A stretch of DNA of 63,780 nt, filler included, from Caldilineae bacterium (GTDB lineage Bacteria > Chloroflexota > Anaerolineae > DTLA01): NCBI GenBank assembly GCA_037446815.1. It is 7 parts of 7 records of this genome, joined end to end, with 100 filler letters (N's around TTAATTAATTAA, not from the genome) between each part and the next. Parts side by side here need not be neighbours in the genome. Positions count along the whole stretch, not along the records: positions 46,491 to 55,563 come from JBBIHX010000121.1; 6 more parts are not named here. One strand, given 5' to 3'. Under the pieces are notes generated by a model. The model saw nothing but the letters and a program-made list of their open reading frames with translations, searched no databases and was not told the origin of the DNA. The position numbers were made by a program, and so were the translations under genes. Positions 47,137 through 55,663 of this stretch are shown piece by piece (the stretch's first letter is position 1; every line of letters starts with the position of its first letter).

Positions 47137-48870
47137 CTACTGCCCCACCGTTACGCGATGCACCACCAGCGCGTTCCCCTCGGAATCGGCCCGCCCGGGC
47201 TGGACGACGGGCACGCGCTCGTTCGCCTCGGGCAGGTACAGCCCCGCCAGGACGCGATACTCGCCGGGCGCGGCGTCCGCCGGCAGGGTCAGCGCGTGCG
47301 GGTCTGGGATGACCTCGCCGGCGGCCCATGTGGGCGTGGGGCGGCTCCCCCGCGCCGGCTCGCTGTCGTCTTGGGTAACGATCTGCCCGCTCGCGTTCAC
47401 CAGGTGCACGAAGACCGAGTAGCGATTCTGAACGGGCCTCAGCGCCTGCCAGCGGAACGTCATATGCAGCGTCTCGCCGGGGCGCAGCGTCCCCCGGTCC
47501 GCCTCGGCGGTGAGCAGGCGCGCCACATCCCCCAGTGTCGCGCTGATGCTGAGCGTCCGCCCCGCCGACACCCTCAGCAGCACCGTCGTGCCCGGGATGA
47601 CCTGCGTTCCGGCGGGCGGGTCCTGCGCAACGACGGTATCCGACGGGCTCTCGCTCCAGACATCCTGGCGCGTCGCGTTCAGGTTGCTCCCCGCCAGCGC
47701 CGCCTCTGCCGCGCCGTAGGACTGCCCGACCACGTCCGGCACCGTCGTCTTGCCTGCCCCCTTGCTGAGCACGAGCCGCACCACGCTCCCGCGCGGCGCG
47801 CGCTCCCCGCCGGGCGGCTCTTGCCTCAGAACCCTGCCCAGGGGAACCGCGTCCGAGTATTCTTGCCCCCCAATCTCGGCGAGCAGCCCCGTCTGGGCCA
47901 GCACAGACCACGCCGTCGCCTCATCCAGCCCGGTCAGGTCGGGGACGACGACGCTGTTGGCGTCCGGCGCGCCCGGCGATGGCGCAAAGGCCACCGGCGC
48001 GGCGTAGCGCGCGTACACCGTGGCCCACAGCGGCACCAGACCCAGGATCGCGATGAGGGCAATCACCGCCAGGGCGACGCCAAAGGCATCCCACTGTTGC
48101 GCGGGCCGGGGCTGACGAACGGGGGCCGACGGCGCCGCAGCCCGCCGCGCCGGAGTCGGTGCGAGCGCGAGAGACCGAAACGCCGGCCGATCGGGCAGCG
48201 CCCGCCACCGCGCCTGCCAATAGGCAGCCAGCGCCTGGGCAAGGGCGCGCACGTCGGGATAGCGATTCTCGCGCAGGAGCGACGCGAAGTCCGCCGGCGC
48301 CGTCCGGGCGTCGCCCAGCATGGCGCGAAGGATGGCAACGACGGTGCTCACGTCGGCCTGCGCGGGGTGGGCAGGCGCCTGCATTGCAGCGCGAACAAGG
48401 GCGGCGGGCAGCAATCGCATGTTGCCCCGCCCATCCAGCGCGATGTCTTCCAACGTCAGAGGCGCGAGGGGAACCCCGGCCTGCCGCGCGTGCGCCAGAA
48501 GCGAGCACAGTTGCAGCCCGATGTCCACAGCGCGGGCCACCGAAAGGCCGCCCGCTTTCTGGACAAGGCGCGGGAGCCAGAAGTCGCCGGGCCACTCGGT
48601 AACGGCGTATTGCACGCCGCGATCGCGCCCGAAGTCCAGGATGGCCGGCAGCGCAGGGTGCGACACGTCCACCCAACGCCGCAGCGCCTGCGATAGGTCG
48701 GGCGCCCCCCGCGCGGCTTCGCCCGACGGCGCGCGTGACACCAACAAGGCCACCACCTCGCCGGAGCGAGCGTCCTCGGCGCGGTAGGTGATGGCCCGCG
48801 CATCGGCATAGGCCCGCGCGAGAATGCGATAGCGGCCGCCCACTAGGCCCTGAGGAGTTCCAGCGTCCAT
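47137..48870 (-). CDS. Degenerate Ser/Thr kinase-like domain, TM, two PASTA domains and a C-terminal beta domain
   Basis: GRYRIL...YRAED...VAL, HPALPAILDFG, YAVTEW kinase scaffold without catalytic motifs; VVPDLTG and VPDVVG PASTA repeats. Confidence 0.8.
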   Translation of the reverse strand: MDAGTPQGLVGGRYRILARAYADARAITYRAEDARSGEVVALLVSRAPSGEAARGAPDLSQALRRWVDVSHPALPAILDFGRDRGVQYAVTEWPGDFWLPRLVQKAGGLSVARAVDIGLQLCSLLAHARQAGVPLAPLTLEDIALDGRGNMRLLPAALVRAAMQAPAHPAQADVSTVVAILRAMLGDARTAPADFASLLRENRYPDVRALAQALAAYWQARWRALPDRPAFRSLALAPTPARRAAAPSAPVRQPRPAQQWDAFGVALAVIALIAILGLVPLWATVYARYAAPVAFAPSPGAPDANSVVVPDLTGLDEATAWSVLAQTGLLAEIGGQEYSDAVPLGRVLRQEPPGGERAPRGSVVRLVLSKGAGKTTVPDVVGQSYGAAEAALAGSNLNATRQDVWSESPSDTVVAQDPPAGTQVIPGTTVLLRVSAGRTLSISATLGDVARLLTAEADRGTLRPGETLHMTFRWQALRPVQNRYSVFVHLVNASGQIVTQDDSEPARGSRPTPTWAAGEVIPDPHALTLPADAAPGEYRVLAGLYLPEANERVPVVQPGRADSEGNALVVHRVTVGQ

Positions 48871-48901
48871 ATCCTCGTTACTCTCACCTCAACATGCGCC
48901 C

Positions 48902-48951
48902 ATTCTACACGGGTTCGCGGCTTTGTTCAAACTCATCTTCAATGCTATAAT
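48902..48951. promoter_or_regulatory. Overlapping divergent sigma70 promoters
   Basis: Minus: TTGAAC(48925-30)-N17-TAGAAT(48902-07); plus: TTGTTC(48923-28)-N17-TATAAT(48946-51). Confidence 0.55.
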
Positions 48952-48983
48952 CTATCAGACCTCACGGGTGGCAGGGGTAAGGT

Positions 48984-49913
48984 ATGAGAGCCAGACTCAT
49001 CTACAACCCGCGCGCGGGGCAGCGGGATTTGACCCAAGACATTCTCGCTGCGAAAGACTACTTGGCGGCCCACGGTTGGACTGTGGACTGGTTTGTGGAG
49101 AACGATGCCCGCCGCATCACCGAACTCTCCAGGCAGGCCGCGGAGGCAGGCTACGATGTGGTTATCGCGTCGGGCGGCGACGGCACCATCAGCCGCGTCG
49201 TGAACGGCCTGGCCCGCACCGAGACCGCGCTGGGCGTGCTGCCCGCAGGCACCGGCAACGCCTGGGCGGAGGAAATGGGCATCCCCGTGTCCAAGGTGTT
49301 CACGCGACGGGCGCTGCTGGACGCCGCCGACGTGCTGCTGAAGGGCGAGATTCGCACGGTAGACCTGGGCACGGCGGGCGAGAACTACTTCCTCATGTGG
49401 GCAGGCGTCGGCTTTGACGCCCGCGTAACCGAGGAGGTGAGTTGGGAACTGCGCCGCCACATCGGCAACCTGGCCACGTGGCTCACCGGCTTGCAGGTAG
49501 CCGCCGACTACTCGGGCACGCCCGCCACCATCACCGTGGACGGCAAGTCGCATCGCAGCCAGTTCATCCTCACCGTCATCGGCAACGCCCAGTCCTATGC
49601 CGGCGCCGTCCGCATGACGCCCATCGCCCGGCTGGATGACGGCCTGCTGGATGTGTGCGTGTTCAAGGGCAAAGGCTTCGCCGATACGCTGAAGCATCTG
49701 GTCAACGTCCTTTCGCAGACCCACATGATTAGCCCAGACGTGGAGTACTACCAGGGCGAGTGCATCCGCATAGAGGCCGATGAACCGCTGCCGGTGCACC
49801 TGGACGGGGACGCCATGGGCCACACGCCCATGGATTTCGGCATCGCGCCCAAGTCGCTGCGCGTGATCCTGCCCCACAACGCGCCCGAGCGGCTCTTCAT
49901 CTCGCAACCGTGA
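48984..49913 (+). CDS. Diacylglycerol kinase family (YegS/BmrU) lipid kinase
   Basis: IYNPRAG, GGDGT, LPAGTGNAWA, LDDGLLDV, HLDGD. Confidence 0.93.
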   Translation: MRARLIYNPRAGQRDLTQDILAAKDYLAAHGWTVDWFVENDARRITELSRQAAEAGYDVVIASGGDGTISRVVNGLARTETALGVLPAGTGNAWAEEMGIPVSKVFTRRALLDAADVLLKGEIRTVDLGTAGENYFLMWAGVGFDARVTEEVSWELRRHIGNLATWLTGLQVAADYSGTPATITVDGKSHRSQFILTVIGNAQSYAGAVRMTPIARLDDGLLDVCVFKGKGFADTLKHLVNVLSQTHMISPDVEYYQGECIRIEADEPLPVHLDGDAMGHTPMDFGIAPKSLRVILPHNAPERLFISQP

Positions 49914-49920
49914 ACAGGGT

Positions 49921-50967
49921 ATGAGCGCACTCTACTACCTTATCGTCGCTGCCCCGATCGCGATTCTAGGCGATTGGCTGGGCTGGGATCCGGTCATCGT
50001 CTTTGCCCTATCGGCAGTGGCCTTGATTCCACTGGCGGGGCTCTTGGGAAGGGCCACGGAAGAACTCGCTACCCACACCGGCCCGCGCCTCGGGGGCCTG
50101 CTCAACGCCACGCTGGGCAACGCCGCCGAACTCATCATCACCATCTTCGCCATCCGCGCGGGCCTGCTGGAATTGGTGAAGGCCTCCATTACCGGCTCCA
50201 TCCTCGGCAACATCCTGCTGGTGCTGGGCCTGGCCATGTTCCTGGGCGGCCTCCGCAACGGCGCCCAGGCGTTTGACCGAGAACACGCGGGCCTGAACGC
50301 CACGATGATGATCCTCGCTGTCATCGCGCTCATCGTGCCATCGGTATTCAGCCACACCATAGGCCTGGTGGATCACCACGGCGTGGAGGCGCTCAGCATC
50401 GGCGTGGCCATCGCCATGATCGTCCTGTACGCCATGAGCCTGGCCTACGCCTTCCTGCCGGGCGGGTTGCCCGCGACGGAGCACGGCCACGCCCCCGGGC
50501 AAGCCCACTGGCCGGTGCGGAAGTCGCTGCTGTACCTGGCATTCGCCACAGTCCTCGTTGCCTGGCTCAGCGAGGTGCTTGTCGGCGCGGTGGAGCCGGT
50601 GGTGGAAGTCTGGGGCATCAGCGAGTTCTTCCTGGGCATCGTCATCATCCCGCTCGTCGGGAACGTGGCCGAGCACCTGGTGGCGGTGCAGGCGGCCTGG
50701 AAGAACCACATGGAACTGGGTATGGCGGTGGCTGTCGGGTCAAGCCTGCAAATCGCGCTGTTCGTCGCGCCCCTGCTGGTCTTCATCAGCCTGCTGTTCG
50801 GCAACCCGCTGACGCTGGTGTTCAACGAGTTTGAGTTGGTAACCCTGGCGGGGGCTGCGCTTGTGGCGGGGATCGTCGCCTTGGATGGCAAGAGCAACTG
50901 GCTGGAGGGAGCGCAGTTGCTCGCGGTCTACGTCATCACCGCGTTGGCATTCTACTTCCTGCCCTAG
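49921..50967 (+). CDS. Ca2+/H+ exchanger (CAX/ChaA family)
   Basis: LNATLGNAAELI, GSILGNILL, VGNVAEH, GSSLQIALF. Confidence 0.93.
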   Translation: MSALYYLIVAAPIAILGDWLGWDPVIVFALSAVALIPLAGLLGRATEELATHTGPRLGGLLNATLGNAAELIITIFAIRAGLLELVKASITGSILGNILLVLGLAMFLGGLRNGAQAFDREHAGLNATMMILAVIALIVPSVFSHTIGLVDHHGVEALSIGVAIAMIVLYAMSLAYAFLPGGLPATEHGHAPGQAHWPVRKSLLYLAFATVLVAWLSEVLVGAVEPVVEVWGISEFFLGIVIIPLVGNVAEHLVAVQAAWKNHMELGMAVAVGSSLQIALFVAPLLVFISLLFGNPLTLVFNEFELVTLAGAALVAGIVALDGKSNWLEGAQLLAVYVITALAFYFLP

Positions 50968-51026
50968 GCCGGCGCCGGCCCGTCGGGGGGAATCGCCATC
51001 TACACCATCGGACGGAGGAAGACCCC

Positions 51027-53482
51027 ATGCTCCGCAGAATATGCCCGCTTGCCCTGGCGATGGGCATCCTCCTGGGCGTTGTGGCCGTGTCTGGCGCGCC
51101 CAGCACCGGCCCCGCGCCCGTCGCCGCCGACGCGCCGCCTCGCCCGAGTTTCATGGGGCTGAATGCCTACTTCGGCGAACTCCACCAGCACACGGGGTAC
51201 TCCACCGATGGCTGCGGCCTGCCCGAGGAGGCCATCATCGCCGCGCGGAACACCCGCCACAACGACTTCATGGCGCTGACCGAGCACAACAACTCGTTCC
51301 ACGTGCCCGAGATTGGGTCGCTGGCCCGCGGCTGCCGCATCTCCCAGACCGACCCGCGCAAGTGGCAAACCCTGGGCGAACTCGCGGCCCGATATACACA
51401 AGATGGCTAATTCGTCCTGCTGCGCGGCTACGAACACACCCGCGATGAGGGCCACATCAACGTGTTCAACTCCGAGGAGGTGGTCTCGCCCGTCTGGGTG
51501 GACGACTTCTATTCGTGGCTGGCCGGGCAACCTCCCGACGTGTTCGCGCAATTCAACCACCCGATGCCCTTGAGTTGGGTGGGCGGCATGGGCGACTTCA
51601 ACGGTTCCCGATTCTTTCCGCCTGCCGCGGCCAAGATCACGCTGATTGAGAACGCAGCCTCGCCGCCCTTCTACTTCGCCTACCCGCGGGCGCTGGCGAG
51701 CGGCTGGCAGGTGTCCTCGGTGGGATACGGCGACGGCCACTACGCCAACCAGGCGGGCAGCCTGCGCTACGGCATCTTCGCGCCGAACATCACCAAGCGC
51801 GACCTGATTGACGCGCTCCGAGGCGGACGCACCTTCCCGACGGGCAATTGGCCGTCGCGCTGGTGGGCAACGGCCGTTGGATGGGCGAGTCGACCTCCGC
51901 CGACGAGATTGCATTCCGCGCCTACGCCGCCGACCGCACCGGCGACGCCATCGTGAAGATGGAGTTGCTGGGCAAGGATGGCTTCATCGCGGCGTGCGCG
52001 CCAATGACCACCCCCGCCGAGTGCAGTTTTCACGTCGGCGAGGTGCGCCCGGGCGACTTCTTCTACGTGCATGTCATAGACGCGCGAGGCGACCACGGGT
52101 GGAGCGGTTCCATCGTGAGGCCGCTGTACAGCCGCCTGCGAACAAACCCCGCCACGCTCTCCTTTGCCTTCAGCGACAGCGCCAGCCCGGCCCAATCGCA
52201 GACGTTTCTGCTGGAGGCCAACGATGGCCGCGATGTGCCCTGGCAGGCGTTCCCACAGGCGGGCTGGATTGACATCACGCCGTCCCACGGCGAACACCTG
52301 CCCGCCGTCATCACGGTAACGGTCTCACCCTCGGATTTGCAGCCAGGGCTCCACATCTCTGGCATCCTCGTTCAGGCGACGGGAAGCGATCACCTCCCAT
52401 TGGTGGAGGGCATCCAGGCCACCGTTGGCTCCGCGTCCGGGGCGACGATTGCTGTGTCGCCGCGGGTTACGGAGACCGTGCTCCCGTTTGAAGCGCCCAC
52501 CGTGTCGGGCACGTTGTTCGTGTCCACCTCCGCGCCGGGCCTCACGTGGTTCGCCACGCCATCGGTGCCCTGGCTGTCGGTGTCGCAAACTGCCGGAACG
52601 GGGAGCGGCACCATCGCGTTCGCCGTCAACCTGGCCGGGTACGAGCCGGGCCTGTACGCGGGGCAGGTTGTCGTCATGGCCGGAGCGCAAATCCGCGTGG
52701 CCGAGATTCAGGTCGCGCTGCGGCCCTACCGGGCCAGTGCGCTCACGCTGCAGCAGGGCAAGGACGGCTACAGCGGCGTAGGCGACACGTACCTGAACCA
52801 GTACGCCCCGACCACCCCTCACGGCCAGAAGGGCGGCCTCCTGGTGCGCGCGAATGGGCTTCAAGCGCCCCTGCTGCGGTTTGACACGTCCCTCATCCCG
52901 ACGAACGCCAAGGTGCTCACCGCCACGTTGTCGCTGTACGCGCTGGAGAAAAGCACCCAGTCGGGACTAATGATGCGCGTCTACGAGGTGCTCAACTCGT
53001 GGGATGAAAACAGCGCCACCTGGGAGGAGCGTTCGCCCGGCGTGCCGTGGAACGAGAAAGGCGCGGCCCTCCGCTGCGAGGACACCGCCTGCGAACCCAC
53101 CACAAGCATGGGGGTCAACGAGGTCAAGCGGTGGTACACCTGGGACATCACCCCGCTGGTCAAGAAGTGGGTGGCCCATCCGGAGACGAATCACGGGGTG
53201 CTGCTCTTCGGGGAATCCACCGCCAACATCGGCTTCACCTTCTACTCCTCGCAGACGCACCCCTACCAGGCCGCATTCCGGCCGCGCCTGGACCTCGTGT
53301 ACGGCGAGCCAACGCCTACGCCGACGGCCACGCCCACCCCGACGCCGACCGAGACGCCCACGCCTACGGCGACGCCCACACCTACGGCGACGGCCACCGC
53401 GACGGCTACACCGACGCCCACGTCCACGCCCACGCCGCCGTCCTACGAACTGCGCTTGCCGTGCCTGTGGGTCGGCCGGTAG
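51027..53482 (+). pseudogene. Disrupted secreted PHP-like metallohydrolase with BACON-like and DNRLRE-like domains
   Basis: Signal peptide, GELHQHTGYSTDG, LTEHN, GHINVF, QFNHP; in-frame TAA at 51408-51410 and a frameshift near 51836-51841; distal part open to 53482 (DTYLN..P, LLRFD, W.E..ATW, WDIT.LV..W, NHGVLL). Confidence 0.75.
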
Positions 53483-53542
53483 CCCGCAGCGAGGCGCTCT
53501 TGAGGTTGCATCCACGGATAACACGGATAGCACGGATGGGGA

Positions 53543-53642
53543 NNNNNNNNNNNNNNNNNNNNNNNNNNNNNNNNNNNNNNNNNNNNNNNNNNNNNNNNNN
53601 NNNNNNNNNNNNNNNNNNNNNNNNNNNNNNNNNNNNNNNNNN
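53543..53642. other. Scaffold gap (100 N, no linker) within repeat DNA
   Basis: Flanked by CACGGAT repeats and a CCCTC/GAGGG module. Confidence 0.9.
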
Positions 53643-53696
53643 GCTCCCTCGCCCTTCGGGAGAGGGCTGGGGTGAGGGTGTTCACATGCGCGCACG

Positions 53697-53725
53697 TTGC
53701 GAAGAGCGAAGGCCCGTTGTATAAT
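53697..53725 (+). promoter_or_regulatory. sigma70 promoter of tsaE operon
   Basis: TTGCGA-N17-TATAAT. Confidence 0.6.
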
Positions 53726-53759
53726 ACCCCCCGCACAGACCAGCCAGGGGAGGCGCAGC

Positions 53760-54281
53760 GTGTCACCCATCTTGGATGAGCGGATGCTGGACTTCATCAG
53801 CCACAGCGACGCCCAAACGCGGCGGCTTGGCGCGCGCCTGGCTGCCCTCCTGCGCGGCGGCGAGGTCATCTGCCTGGAGGGCGAACTGGGCACCGGCAAG
53901 ACCTGCCTCGCCCAGGGCATCGGCAAGGGCCTGGGCGTGGAAGAGCCCATTGTCAGCCCCAGTTTCACCCTCATCCGCGAGTACGCCACCGCCCCCTCGC
54001 GCCCCAAGTTCATCCATGTGGACCTCTACCGCCTCGGCGAGGACGACCTCCCCGGCCTCGGCCTTGAGGAGTACATGACCCCCTCGTGCGTCGTGGTCAT
54101 TGAGTGGGCCGACCGCATGGGCGCGAGCACGCCGGAGCAGCGCCTGGAAGTGCGCCTGCGGTTCGTGGACGACACCAAGCGCGGCCTGACGTTTGTCGCC
54201 TACGGCGACGGGCATCGGCAACTGCTGGACGCATTCCGTCAGAGCATGTTCGGGAGCGCCGAGATGGGAGGGAAGCGGTGA
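53760..54281 (+). CDS. tsaE: tRNA threonylcarbamoyladenosine biosynthesis ATPase TsaE
   Basis: GELGTGKT, SPSFTLIREY, HVDLYRL, IEWAD. Confidence 0.95.
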   Translation: MSPILDERMLDFISHSDAQTRRLGARLAALLRGGEVICLEGELGTGKTCLAQGIGKGLGVEEPIVSPSFTLIREYATAPSRPKFIHVDLYRLGEDDLPGLGLEEYMTPSCVVVIEWADRMGASTPEQRLEVRLRFVDDTKRGLTFVAYGDGHRQLLDAFRQSMFGSAEMGGKR

Positions 54282-54970
54282 TCGCCAGGGACGCCATCGT
54301 GTTGGCCATAGACACGGCCACATCCATCGCGGGGATCGCCCTGTACACCGAGGACGGCGTGCTGGCCGAGGCCACGTGGGTAACCCAGGGCAACCACACG
54401 GCGGAACTCATGCCGACCCTGGCCTTCGTCATGGAGCAACAGCGGATGAAGACGCAAGACCTGGGCGGATTGGTCGTCTCCATCGGGCCTGGCTCGTTCA
54501 CCGGCACGCGCATCGGGCTGGCCGTCGCCAAGGGCCTTGCGCTGGCGCACAACCTGCCTCTGGTCGGCGTGCCCACGCTGGACGCGCTGGCCTACGCCCA
54601 CGCGCCCCTGCGCCTGCCGACGTGGGCGGTCGTGGAGGCGGGGCGGGGGCGCTACTGCGCGGCGCTGTACGGCATCCAGCGCGGGCAGTGGCAGAAGGTC
54701 TCGCCCTACCGCATCGTCAAGTTGGACGCCCTGGCCCCCGACGGCAACCACAAGACCCTGTACTGCGGCGAACTGAACCGCGCAGCGCGGGAACATCTGC
54801 GGCAGAAATTCGCGGACTTGGCGATCCTGGCCCCCAGCGCCGCCTCGCTCCGCCGACCCGCATTCCTCGCCGAATTGGGCTGGCGTCGGCTGCTGGCGGG
54901 GGAGGCGGATGATGTCGCCACCCTCAGCCCGATTTACCTGCAGCACCCGGTCTCGGAGAGAGAGCCGTGA
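54278..54970 (+). CDS. tsaB: tRNA threonylcarbamoyladenosine biosynthesis protein TsaB
   Basis: LAIDTAT, GPGSFTGTRIG, PIYL; overlaps the tsaE stop. Confidence 0.95.
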   Translation: MIARDAIVLAIDTATSIAGIALYTEDGVLAEATWVTQGNHTAELMPTLAFVMEQQRMKTQDLGGLVVSIGPGSFTGTRIGLAVAKGLALAHNLPLVGVPTLDALAYAHAPLRLPTWAVVEAGRGRYCAALYGIQRGQWQKVSPYRIVKLDALAPDGNHKTLYCGELNRAAREHLRQKFADLAILAPSAASLRRPAFLAELGWRRLLAGEADDVATLSPIYLQHPVSEREP

Positions 54971-55563
54971 ACGGCGAGGGCTTGCCCTACCTCCTGGAGC
55001 CCATGCGGGTACAGGACATCCCGGAGGTGCTGGAGATTGAGCGCGCCTGCTTCTCCATGCCTTGGTCGGCGCACGCCTACCGCTACGAGATTGAGGAGAA
55101 CACCCTATCGTGGTACGTGGTGGCGCGCCCGGCCCCGACCAGGAAAGAGCGTGGCGTCCTGAGCAAGGTGCTTGCCCTACGTCCCGGGGCGCAAGGGCGG
55201 ACGCCCATCATCGGATATGGCGGCTTCTGGATGATGGTGGACGAGGCGCACATCAGCACGCTGGCCGTCGCGCCCCCCTATCGGCGACGCGGCATCGGCG
55301 AGTTGTTGCTCCTGACGATGATAGAGGAGGCCGAGCGGCGCGGCGCGGCGACGGTAACGCTGGAGGTGCGCGTCAGCAACCTGCCGGCGCAGCGCCTGTA
55401 CGAGAAGTACGGGTTCACGGTGCAGGGTCGGCGCGTGCGCTACTACAGCGACAACGGCGAGGATGCCTACATCATGACGACGCCGCCCCTGCGCCTGGCG
55501 TCCTACCGGAGGACGCTAGCGGATCTCAAGGCCCGCCTCTACGCGCGGCTGGCATCGGCGGAG
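54967..55563 (+). CDS. rimI: Ribosomal-protein-alanine N-acetyltransferase, 3' truncated
   Basis: EAHISTLAV, RRRGIG, TLEVRVSN..AQRLYEKYGF, YYSDNGEDA. Confidence 0.92.
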
Positions 55564-55663
55564 NNNNNNNNNNNNNNNNNNNNNNNNNNNNNNNNNNNNN
55601 NNNNNNNTTAATTAATTAANNNNNNNNNNNNNNNNNNNNNNNNNNNNNNNNNNNNNNNNNNNN
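55564..55663. other. Artificial contig linker
   Basis: N-run with TTAATTAATTAA. Confidence 0.97.

Noticed and set aside
51408..51410. In-frame stop as possible recoding
   Set aside because: It is TAA, not TGA/TAG, and a frameshift follows in the same gene
53310..53440. ACGCC[G/C/T] tandem repeats (also 9180-9277, 40400-40460, 62905-63000) as contingency loci
   Set aside because: Degenerate codon-level repeats encoding Pro/Thr linkers; unit length is a multiple of three, so no phase variation
9278..55663. Recurring TTAATTAATTAA motif every ~9.2 kb and gene adjacency across it (e.g. yqeB-tuf, promoter at 46501 serving padR, rimI-C25)
   Set aside because: Artificial six-frame-stop linker; segment lengths decrease steadily (9251, 9190, 9182, 9090, 9073 bp), i.e. 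size-sorted contigs, so cross-linker synteny is meaningless
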